Source of the DNA: a virus
Taxonomy: Duplodnaviria > Heunggongvirae > Uroviricota > Caudoviricetes
Direction: 5' to 3' (one strand)
IMG/VR virus record: IMGVR_UViG_2534681833_000010
Length of the DNA stretch: 47,819 nucleotides
A program made the translations under genes and the position numbers. The notes under the pieces are model-generated. The model did not search any database. It was not told where the DNA came from and saw nothing but the letters and a program-made list of their open reading frames with translations. Within the stretch, counting starts at the first letter, position 1, and each line of letters begins with the position of its first letter. Of the stretch, positions 1 to 8,152 are shown piece by piece.

Positions 1-136
1 AGCGGCGGGGCACGCCGTACTTGCCTGTGGAGGGATGGTGCAGTCAGGCCGCCCGTTGAAGCAGGAACCCACCGAAATGATTCAGGCGACAGCCTGAACG
101 TAGCAGGGATCCACGCCCTTCGGGGCGTGGAGGATG

Positions 137-502
137 TCACGCTGCCTCTTTAATGTTGGCGGCTATCCATGCCGCCGTGTGCTGTTTAACCTGGTCCAGG
201 TCGATGTATGTGCCAACATATTGACTCAAGTCCTGTAACGTACCGATAAATGCATCAGTGCTCTGATCGACGAATTTATCAGCCAGGAATTCAGCAACCA
301 GTTTGGGCACACCATCATGTTCCGAAGGTTGTTTTTCTTCGCCACTACCGCCGCCAGACGCGCCGTACCCCATCTGTTGCATGATCTGGTCAATTTCATC
401 GCTGATATCCAGCAACTCCATGCCACTCGCGGTAGCCGCTTTGGACATCAGAGCATCCAACTTATCGCTGAGGTCCATTAACTCAATCGCTGATAGTGTC
501 AT
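137..502 (-). CDS. hypothetical protein, distal gene of dar operon (DdrA-like by synteny)
   Basis: 121-aa ORF overlapping the stop of the DarA-like gene by 4 nt; Gly/Ser-rich central linker; assigned by position only. Confidence 0.35.
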   Translation of the reverse strand: MTLSAIELMDLSDKLDALMSKAATASGMELLDISDEIDQIMQQMGYGASGGGSGEEKQPSEHDGVPKLVAEFLADKFVDQSTDAFIGTLQDLSQYVGTYIDLDQVKQHTAAWIAANIKEAA

Positions 503-2418
503 GCCGCTACCCCCGCTTTCTGGATTGCTACCAGCAGATCAGCCAGGTGGCGAGCTGCGCCATTAACCAGCTCTTCGTTTTCCTCAAAACGCCCGGCAGC
601 CTGAAGGGCTGCAATCGCTTCCCGGACATTACCCCGGGCGTTACGGATCTCCGCCATGTCAGTGCTTTGCATATCCATCACGCTATTGAGATATTCAATG
701 GCTTTATTAGCCTCTGCATCTGCTTCGCTAACCGTTTCATCAGGCTGTGCCGGGACCGGTTCTGGTTGAGTAATCTCACCGACTTCGGCCTGCAATGCAT
801 TGATCATGCTCTGCACCATTTTCTCGGTGCCAGCGCCCCCAGGAAACGCAATATTGGGGAAAGTTTTTTGAAACTGAGTTTTCAGCATTACGCGGAACTC
901 GTCTGGTGAGCTGGTGGCCAGCTCCAGAGCTTTTTGTGCATATTTGCCAAACGGACCATTAGTAAGTGTCTTCGCCAGGAAGTCGAAAGAATCCTCGCGA
1001 GGCAATAACTTCAGGTCGTACTCACTCATTTGCTGATCAGAAAGCGGGGTATCGTAAGTAGCAATGCCGTAGCGTGCATATTCATAATACGGGTCACCTT
1101 CATCAGGGCGCGGCAGAATCGCTTTGTTACCTTCAGGTATTGCGCCAGGGGCCGCCGGACGCATTTGCAGGGCATATCGATATGCACCTACAGAGACTTC
1201 TGGTTCAGGCGAAGAGCTACCGGTATCCTCCGCTGGTTCAGGTTCGACGTTTTCCGGTTTATGTTCTTCTGGTTGGACCAGATATTCCGATACATTACCC
1301 GCTTTATAGGCTTTAAACAGCTTGCCGATCGCATCTGCCATGTCCACACCCTGTATGGATTTAGCCTTGATCATGTATACGCTGCCATCCGGATCGGTTA
1401 ACTGGATATACCCTTCGCCATCCCCAATGAATTGCTTCATTGATGCACCATTACTGAGCGTCGCTTCCCCGTCCATATGCATACGATTTTTGATACTGGC
1501 AAGGCGATCCGTCAGCGCGCGAGAGTGCCCACCAGTCATCCCCGCTGGAGCAATGGTATCGCGCCCACCAGTGCGATTGAGCTGATCAATCTCCGTCTGC
1601 AAACGCTCATTCTCTTCATAAAGAGAATCCGCTTCCGATGCAACAGCGTTAATTTTCTGCTCCAGATCTGCCTTCTGCCCTTCTACCGCTGCCACCTGAT
1701 CCGCGAGGTCGCTCATGGCATCCTCTTTCTGGTCACTGTCAGCCTGTAGTTGGGTTATTTCATCAACAAGGGCTTTTTTCTTCTTCTGCGCACGCTGGAA
1801 TTTTGCCGAGTTTTTCTCTGCAAGGTTGGCAAGTTTCATGGTGACCTGCGCCAGCGTCATATCACGTCCACTCATCGGAGCAACGGTGTGAGTAACGTCT
1901 TTTTTATTCAGTAAGAACTGGAAAGCAACCAGCGTATCGCTATTGGTGATCCGGTTTTCCGCTGTCGGGCTATGAAACAGAATGCTGATAGTCTGACCAT
2001 CACTGAGCGGAATAATGGCTGGCAAGACCGGCAGCCCGTTAACGTTACGTGCCCGGCCAATTTCAGCGCCGCCGATCGCGCGCGCGCCGCTCTGGGCCAC
2101 ATCCCCCGTTTTATCACTCCCCGCAGAGATTCCGGTACCATTCAGCTTCTGGTTCAATGCCCGGACAAATGCCTGCATGGTCCGGTGTAACTGCAAACGA
2201 GTAGAACTAATCGCCTCCAGTAAATCCGTAGCACACCAGTGGATCGGCGTGTCATAGAAGAACGTAGCCTCGATTTCCTCCAGGGTGTTGGATTCCGTCA
2301 TCAGATAGCGGTCCTCACCGGCCATTAATGCGCGATATTCATCATCAGTCACTGGCGGGGGAAGCACGTCAAGCCCAGGCTTGAGCGTCACCCCTTTATT
2401 GATATTGAACTGTTCCAT
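499..2418 (-). CDS. darA: DarA-like defence-against-restriction internal virion protein
   Basis: 639-aa ORF with long central coiled-coil; lies downstream of holin/antiholin-like genes as in the P1 lydA-lydB-darA operon; shares a KNSAKFQ segment with the upstream 203-aa ORF. Confidence 0.5.
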   Translation of the reverse strand: MEQFNINKGVTLKPGLDVLPPPVTDDEYRALMAGEDRYLMTESNTLEEIEATFFYDTPIHWCATDLLEAISSTRLQLHRTMQAFVRALNQKLNGTGISAGSDKTGDVAQSGARAIGGAEIGRARNVNGLPVLPAIIPLSDGQTISILFHSPTAENRITNSDTLVAFQFLLNKKDVTHTVAPMSGRDMTLAQVTMKLANLAEKNSAKFQRAQKKKKALVDEITQLQADSDQKEDAMSDLADQVAAVEGQKADLEQKINAVASEADSLYEENERLQTEIDQLNRTGGRDTIAPAGMTGGHSRALTDRLASIKNRMHMDGEATLSNGASMKQFIGDGEGYIQLTDPDGSVYMIKAKSIQGVDMADAIGKLFKAYKAGNVSEYLVQPEEHKPENVEPEPAEDTGSSSPEPEVSVGAYRYALQMRPAAPGAIPEGNKAILPRPDEGDPYYEYARYGIATYDTPLSDQQMSEYDLKLLPREDSFDFLAKTLTNGPFGKYAQKALELATSSPDEFRVMLKTQFQKTFPNIAFPGGAGTEKMVQSMINALQAEVGEITQPEPVPAQPDETVSEADAEANKAIEYLNSVMDMQSTDMAEIRNARGNVREAIAALQAAGRFEENEELVNGAARHLADLLVAIQKAGVAA

Positions 2419-2419
2419 G

Positions 2420-3031
2420 TTAATTTCCTGCTTTCAGTTGCTTAAGACGACGTTTGAGTTCGCCATTCCGTGCCTTTTCGTTATTGAGTCGGCCCGTCTC
2501 CTTATCCAGCTTCGCCCGCAAATCAGTGATCTGCTGTTGATTGAAAGACACCGAATTCTGCGCGGACTTATAAGCGGCAACCACCTGAGCATTCCGCTGT
2601 TTTGCTTCTTGCAGGCGCTGAAAGTTGGATTTAACTGCCGGTTTCTTGTCTACCGGATTGGCAACACGCTTCGCTTTGGCGATCAGTGATTTCTGGAATT
2701 TTGCGGAGTTTTTGCGGGCCGCCTGTCCCATGACGGTACCAAGCGTCTTGATATCCGGCGACTGAGCGTTAGGAATAGCTTTTCCATTCAGTTTCACAGA
2801 CGATATATCGCCAGTATCGTTTACCTGTATGGCAAGAATTTGTCCGTCGTTAAGAACCAGCTTTGCGGTTTTAACTTTAACGCCATCTTTCGTTGTTGCG
2901 CGGTTGCTGGAGTCAACCTCAATTACCGTAACCCCGGTTTTATTGATCGCCGCGATAAGGGATTTCAGCCCCTTTTCATTAACCTGGTCAAAATCGACCG
3001 TTGCATACTTATTTTTCGTCATCTGACACAT
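2420..3031 (-). CDS. Hdf-like protein (paralogous to a DarA segment)
   Basis: 203-aa ORF; segment ARKNSAKFQ also present in the DarA-like ORF (AEKNSAKFQ); coiled-coil C-terminus; 1-nt gap to darA start. Confidence 0.4.
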   Translation of the reverse strand: MCQMTKNKYATVDFDQVNEKGLKSLIAAINKTGVTVIEVDSSNRATTKDGVKVKTAKLVLNDGQILAIQVNDTGDISSVKLNGKAIPNAQSPDIKTLGTVMGQAARKNSAKFQKSLIAKAKRVANPVDKKPAVKSNFQRLQEAKQRNAQVVAAYKSAQNSVSFNQQQITDLRAKLDKETGRLNNEKARNGELKRRLKQLKAGN

Positions 3032-3452
3032 CCTGTGCGAGATTTATTACGTAACTTCTGCGGATTTGCTGAGTAACAGGGAAAATCCGATACAACGGGT
3101 TAATGAACGAGTCGCCATGCGTAACCATGACGTTGAAATGCCACAGTCGCTCTCCTTTACCCATATATTCAGTGGGTATGTACAACCATTCACTGTTTTC
3201 GCCCTGTTCAGCCGACGTCAGACAACGTTGTTCACCTTCAATCACTGTCGTCGGCTTCTGAACATCGCGGATCCAATATCTGACCGTTGCGCCGCGCAAA
3301 AACGGGAATTTAGACCGGTATTTGAACGGCACCCGGATGAAACCCGGTTTAATTTCCACATCACCAAGTTCTAAATGCGTGATGTCCTTGCGTTTTAGCA
3401 AATAGCGATCGGCTAAGGCTAACGCAAGAACGCATACACCCCAGCCAATCAT
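3009..3452 (-). CDS. LydB-like lysis regulator (antiholin candidate)
   Basis: 147-aa ORF overlapping the holin-like gene stop by 4 nt and lying inside the dar operon; assigned by size and synteny. Confidence 0.35.
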   Translation of the reverse strand: MIGWGVCVLALALADRYLLKRKDITHLELGDVEIKPGFIRVPFKYRSKFPFLRGATVRYWIRDVQKPTTVIEGEQRCLTSAEQGENSEWLYIPTEYMGKGERLWHFNVMVTHGDSFINPLYRIFPVTQQIRRSYVINLAQDVSDDEK

Positions 3453-3778
3453 TTCCCGCCTCCCTTTTTCACCAAACTTGTAAGAACATTCAGAATGCTA
3501 TCGATATTCACTCGTTTCATCCCTGAAATCACCTCATGACCGTTATTGCTGGCTATCGTTACCATTAAGTACGTAATTGATAACTCCCAGCCCTCGTGTT
3601 GCCCCAATAGGTACGCCACCGCGCCAGCTGTCACTGCAACAAAGATCTCCGTAACCAATCCCAACAAATTGCCAGACTGGCGACCGTCTCGGACATCCAT
3701 CAGGAACGTGCCTATCCCACCAATTACTGAAAGCAGGAGCGCAATAGCAACTGGAGCTAATTCCTGTGTGTCAAGCAC
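3449..3778 (-). CDS. holin-like small membrane protein (LydA-like)
   Basis: 109-aa ORF with two to three hydrophobic helices (AIALLLSVIGGIGTFL, IFVAVTAGAVAYLL) and charged C-terminal tail (KKGGGK). Confidence 0.45.
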   Translation of the reverse strand: MLDTQELAPVAIALLLSVIGGIGTFLMDVRDGRQSGNLLGLVTEIFVAVTAGAVAYLLGQHEGWELSITYLMVTIASNNGHEVISGMKRVNIDSILNVLTSLVKKGGGK

Positions 3779-3845
3779 AAGTTCCCTCCTACGTTGTCAG
3801 GAGGTAATGGTATGCAAAGTAACTTCTCAACCGGTCATTTGTTGC

Positions 3846-4196
3846 TTAAGAGGCATTTCTATTGAGGTACGAATCGATAATCCTTTGTGACTTTTCAAGA
3901 ATGAGCCTGTTATTGATGCTGCAAATAATAGTCACGCAATTCTGAAGACTTTCATCCATACCCTTATATTCCGCGAAATACATGCCTATAAAGCCTGCAA
4001 GTACGGCAGCAATACACTCGGCCATCAATTGTCTGCATGACGCTTCGTAACGTTTTTCACGAACCCCATTCAGAAACGAATGCACGCCTCCAAGGATGGT
4101 TATAAAAAATATGGTTAAATCAAACATTAAAGTAACCCCGCTTTTCAATAAAACATCATTGGGGCACGGTATGCACTTTGTGATTTCCACACACAC
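3846..4196 (-). CDS. hypothetical small membrane protein
   Basis: 116-aa ORF in AT-rich DNA with hydrophobic segments (LTIFFITILGG, CIAAVLAGFIGMYF). Confidence 0.3.
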   Translation of the reverse strand: MCVEITKCIPCPNDVLLKSGVTLMFDLTIFFITILGGVHSFLNGVREKRYEASCRQLMAECIAAVLAGFIGMYFAEYKGMDESLQNCVTIICSINNRLILEKSQRIIDSYLNRNAS

Positions 4197-4254
4197 TGGT
4201 TTCTGTTAATTAAAATCCGCAGCTTGCTATGAATAACTATGGTGAGCAGAAAAT

Positions 4255-4481
4255 ATGCTAATTGGCTATGTACGCGTATCAACAAATGAACAAAACACTG
4301 CTTTACAACGAAATGCTCTTGAAAGCGCAGGATGTGAGCTAATTTTTGAGGACAAGGCGAGCGGCAAAAAGGCTGAACGACCAGAGTTAAAAAAATGCTT
4401 TTGAGAGGTGACACTCTGGTCGAATGAAAGTTAGATTGGCTTGGATGCAGTATGCGCTCGCTCTTGAAGCATGAACAGTAA
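4255..4481 (+). pseudogene. cin: decayed serine DNA invertase (Cin/Gin/Pin/Hin family) remnant
   Basis: Translation [49 protein letters not shown] then stop; homology to invertases continues out of frame ([25 protein letters not shown]) with an in-frame stop; catalytic N-terminal motif present, remainder deleted. Confidence 0.7.
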
Positions 4482-4547
4482 TCATCTTATCAGGATGCAC
4501 TGGAACCAGTCGATGCTTCCAGCGATCCAGATATTTCATTAAATGGA

Positions 4548-4697
4548 CTACGCCTCCGGGAACGCTGGCAAATTGACATCTGGTGCAGTGCTGGTATCCG
4601 TTGCGGTCACCGCATCGATATAATCCAGCACAGCGTTAAGACGGGTGGTTTCAGCCTGCGTAAGATTCCGCCCGGCCTGTAATTTCAGTTGAATAGA
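4548..4697 (-). pseudogene. tail fibre assembly protein (Tfa/U family) C-terminal domain fragment
   Basis: Open segment translating to ...LNAVLDYIDAVTATDTSTAPDVNLPAFPEA, resembling the conserved C-terminus of lambda Tfa (..[22 protein letters not shown]..); no start codon; different frame from the upstream 79-aa ORF. Confidence 0.45.
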
Positions 4698-4717
4698 CTA
4701 ATGGAGCCATTGCGGTA

Positions 4718-4957
4718 TCAATCAGCGACTGTTTTTTCTGTTTCAGCGTCAGCTACCAGTTCATCATGAGAACGTTCCGGAGTGGGTGGTGCAGTAAATC
4801 CCCCGTCTGAATACACCCAGCCGATTCCGGGCTGCTCACTGATATCAGAAATATTAATGAGCTGCTGATTATCCGGCACTGTGAATTCAGCCTCGCCATC
4901 CCAGACAATGACATTCACAACCATCCCATTTTCAATAACTGCATATGATGTATTCAT
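4718..4957 (-). CDS. hypothetical protein translationally coupled to tail fibre gene (possible Tfa N-terminal module)
   Basis: ATG overlaps the tail-fibre stop (TAATG); 79 aa from MNTSYAVIENG...; followed out of frame by the Tfa C-terminal fragment. Confidence 0.35.
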   Translation of the reverse strand: MNTSYAVIENGMVVNVIVWDGEAEFTVPDNQQLINISDISEQPGIGWVYSDGGFTAPPTPERSHDELVADAETEKTVAD

Positions 4958-6821
4958 TATGCAAACTCCTCGATAATACAAATCCCTGCAGCGCCTTTCC
5001 CGCCCGTCATACTGGTTCCGCTATAACCGGCATCGTATGCACCACCGCCGCCCGAACCATATGCCCGACCGATAACGCCACCGCCAGCGCCTGCGCGACC
5101 ACCGCCCCCCCAGAACGATGATCCTCCTTCACCACTGACGCTGATATTTCCGGACTGACCGTCTCCTCCATGCCCACCAATAATGCGGACATCACCAGTA
5201 TTCGGCGCGCCTCCATTACCACCGTTCGTGTTTGTGACTCCTACTTTCCCGCCGCCTTCACCGCCAGGGGCTATTACCGTTCCGAACGAGCTATCACCGC
5301 CCTTGAGGCCGTTCGTAGCACCAACACCGCCGCCCCCACCTGCGCCGATAGTGACAGGATAACTATCCTTCGTCAGGGTCAGCGTGACAATTACTGTCCC
5401 GCCGGCCCCACCGCCTGCACCGAAAAACGTTTCGTTATTGGATGTAGCCTGGCAGCCACCCCCTCCGCCACCGCCGCCCGTAATTGTGACCCTGATTCGT
5501 TTAGTTCCTGGTGTCGGGGTGTACGTACCTGATGAAGTGAAAATTCGAGTGTTTACAAGGCGTCCAACGTATCCACTTGCATCGCTCAGGCCAAGGTCAG
5601 CAGTAGTAGGTTTATTTTTAGTGTTATACGCTCTGCGCCATCCAGGTGAATAACTTGAGCCATTAGACACATAGATAAACTCCGCATTAGTGAGTGCACC
5701 AGTGACATTTGTCGTAGTGGCCGTTGTTATTCGAATGGTGTAATTGTTGGTATTATTGCTGAATACTTCTATCACAGCACCCGCCAGTGGAATAATGCCA
5801 CAACCAGTTTCACTGTCTGGTATGGATGCACTATTCGCATACGCCCATGCACAACGAGCGATCCATGCTTTCGTATTGAATGCCCCGTTATTTTGCAACA
5901 AAGTAACTAACTGGGCTGTCGTTATTGACTCACCGTTATTACCTGTTGTTAACCAACCAGTAGGAGATGCCGGGCAACCAATATTTGCTGGTGACAGTGA
6001 AATATTCGCAGAACCGTCAAATGAAACCCCATTAATGGTACGCGCTGTTTGCAATTTGGTAGCCGTAGCTGCATTACCGGTCGTGTTCTGGTTACCAGCA
6101 ATGTTTACACCCGGCAGGTTGATATTGGCGGAGCCATCGAATGACACGCCGCCGATTGTGCGGGCCGTCTGAAGTTTCGTTGCGGTTGCAGCATTACCAG
6201 TCGTGTTCTGGCTACCAGCAATATTCACGCCCGGCAGGTTGATATTGGCGGAGCCATCAAATGAAACGCCACCAATGGTTCTTGCCGTTTGTAATTTCGT
6301 GGCAGACGCCGCATTTCCTGTTGTGTTCTGGTTGCCCGTTGTATTTACGCCCGGTATGGAGTCTTTCGATGTATAGACCTGTGCCCACTCAGACCATGCC
6401 GCATCTGTGTTATCTCTTCTGGAGCGAATTAAGATAGGTGCATGAGCACCACTTGTAGCACTCCAGCCAATGAGTAACTCGCCTTCACCTCTTGATGTGG
6501 CTCCCTTCAGGTGAAGAATGTTCCCGTAAGCCGTAGGATAACCATTGTTGTACGCCTCATACATTTGCAACCCAGCTGCATCGCCTTGCGTTGTTCCGGT
6601 GAGCGCAGTAACACGTCCTCTGGACGTAATTGTTGGGATCGAAATGTCCGCAGAACCATCAAACTGAACACCATTGATGTTTCTCGCCTTTTGCAACTTC
6701 GTAGCCGTTGAAGCATTGCCGTTCAAACTACCATTGATGCCGCCAGTAACATCGAGCCCATTACCGATCGTAACAGTACCATTGGCATTGTTAATGATAA
6801 GCGGCCTTAAATTATTATAGG
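4957..6821 (-). pseudogene. tail fibre protein, distal (C-terminal) portion separated from the rest by IS2
   Basis: Reading frame continues across the IS2 target duplication into the upstream portion (..NSLGTY|NNLRPLIINN..); contains about 31-aa tandem repeats (ATATKLQTARTIGGVSFDGSANINLPGVNIAG.QNTTGNA) and a poly-Gly/Gly-rich C-terminal domain (TITGGGGGGGGCQ..GAGGGAGG..). Confidence 0.75.
5986..6354 (-). repeat. in-frame tandem repeats (about 93 bp unit, nearly 4 copies) within tail fibre gene
   Basis: Near-identical nucleotide and peptide repeats; further copies in the N-terminal portion. Confidence 0.7.
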
Positions 6822-6912
6822 TAGACTGGCCCCCTGAATCTCCAGACAACCAATATCACTTATTTAAGTGATAGTCTTAATACTAGTTTTTAGACTAGTC
6901 ATTGGAGAGCAG

Positions 6913-7278
6913 ATGATTGATGTCTTAGGACCGGAGAAACGCAGACGGCGTACTACACAGGAAAAGATCGCTATTGTTCAGCAGAGTTTTGAACCGGGAA
7001 TGACAGTCTCCCTTGTTGCCCGGCAACACGGTGTGGCAGCCAGCCAGTTATTTCTCTGGCGCAAGCAATACCAGGAGGGAAGTCTTACTGCTGTGGCCGC
7101 AGGAGAACAGGTCGTTCCTGCCTCTGAACTTGCTGCCGCCATGAAGCAGATTAAAGAACTCCAGCGCCTGCTCGGCAAAAAAACGATGGAAAATGAACTC
7201 CTTAAAGAAGCCGTTGAATATGGGCGTGCAAAAAAGTGGATAGCGCACGCGCCCTTATTGCCCGGGGATGGGGAGTAA
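6913..7278 (+). CDS. insC: IS2 transposase OrfA (InsC)
   Basis: [41 protein letters not shown]... helix-turn-helix and leucine-zipper OrfA of IS3 family. Confidence 0.85.
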
Positions 7279-8141
7279 GCTTAGTCAGCCGTTGTCTCCG
7301 GGTGTCGCGTGCGCAGTTGCACGTCATTCTCAGACGAACCGATGACTGGAAAGATGGTCGCCGCAGCCGTCACTCAGATGATACGGATGTGCTTCTCCGT
7401 ATACACCATGTTATCGGAGAGCTGCCCACATATGGTTATCGTCGGGTATGGGCGCTGCTTCGCAGACAGGCCGAACTTGATGGTATGCCTGCGATCAATG
7501 CCAAACGTATTTACCGGATCATGCGCCAGAATGCGCTGTTGCTTGAGCGAAAACCCGCTGTACCGCCATCGAAACGGGCACATACCGGCAGAGTGGCTGT
7601 GAAAGAAAGTAATCAGCGATGGTGCTCTGACGGGTTCGAGTTCCGCTGTGATAACGGAGAAAAACTGCGAGTCACGTTCGCGCTGGACTGCTGTGACCGT
7701 GAGGCACTGCACTGGGCGGTCACTACGGGCGGCTTCAACAGTGAAACAGTACAGGACGTCATGCTGGGAGCGGTGGAACGCCGTTTCGGCAACGAGCTTC
7801 CGGCGTCTCCAGTAGAGTGGCTGACGGATAATGGTTCATGCTACCGGGCTAATGAAACACGGCAGTTTGCCCGGATGTTGGGGCTTGAACCGAAGAACAC
7901 GGCGGTGCGGAGTCCGGAGAGTAACGGCATAGCAGAGAGCTTCGTGAAAACGATAAAGCGTGACTACATCAGTGTCATGCCCAAACCAGACGGGTTAACG
8001 GCAGCAAAGAACCTTGCAGAGGCATTCGAGCATTATAACGAATGGCATCCGCATAGTGCACTGGGTTATCGCTCGCCACGGGAATATCTACGGCAGCAAG
8101 CCAGTAATGGGTTAAGTGATAACAGGTGTCTGGAAATATAG
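7236..8141 (+). CDS. insD: IS2 transposase OrfB (InsD; expressed as InsCD by -1 frameshift)
   Basis: 301-aa ORF with DDE integrase-type catalytic domain (..WCSDGFEF.., ..[11 protein letters not shown].., ..[11 protein letters not shown]..) overlapping insC. Confidence 0.85.
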
Positions 8142-8152
8142 GGGCAAATCCA

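Larger units (their letters stand above)
6822..8152 (+). mobile_element. IS2 (IS3 family), complete, flanked by 5-bp target duplication ATAGG
   Basis: Ends TAGACTGGCCCCCTGAATCTCCAGACAACC... and ...GGAAATATAGGGGCAAATCCA recalled as IS2 terminal repeats; ATAGG at 6817-6821 and 8153-8157; encodes InsC and InsD. Confidence 0.9.

Noticed and set aside
4200-4255. Possible cix/gix-like inversion crossover site upstream of the invertase remnant (TTTCTGTTAATTAAAATCC)
   Set aside because: Only one half-site resembles TTCCTGTAAACC; no convincing dyad symmetry, so not called
4145-4414. 89-aa minus-strand ORF
   Set aside because: Antisense shadow of the invertase remnant in AT-rich DNA; no ribosome-binding site or homology
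5986-6354. Possible CRISPR-like array from regularly spaced repeats
   Set aside because: Repeats are about 93 bp, contiguous, in-frame and coding (fibre repeats); no spacers or cas genes
7374-7712. 112-aa minus-strand ORF inside IS2 (and similar antisense ORFs inside IS186 at 25469-25777 and in ban at 45711-46303)
   Set aside because: Antisense frames within well-defined transposase or helicase genes; typical chance ORFs
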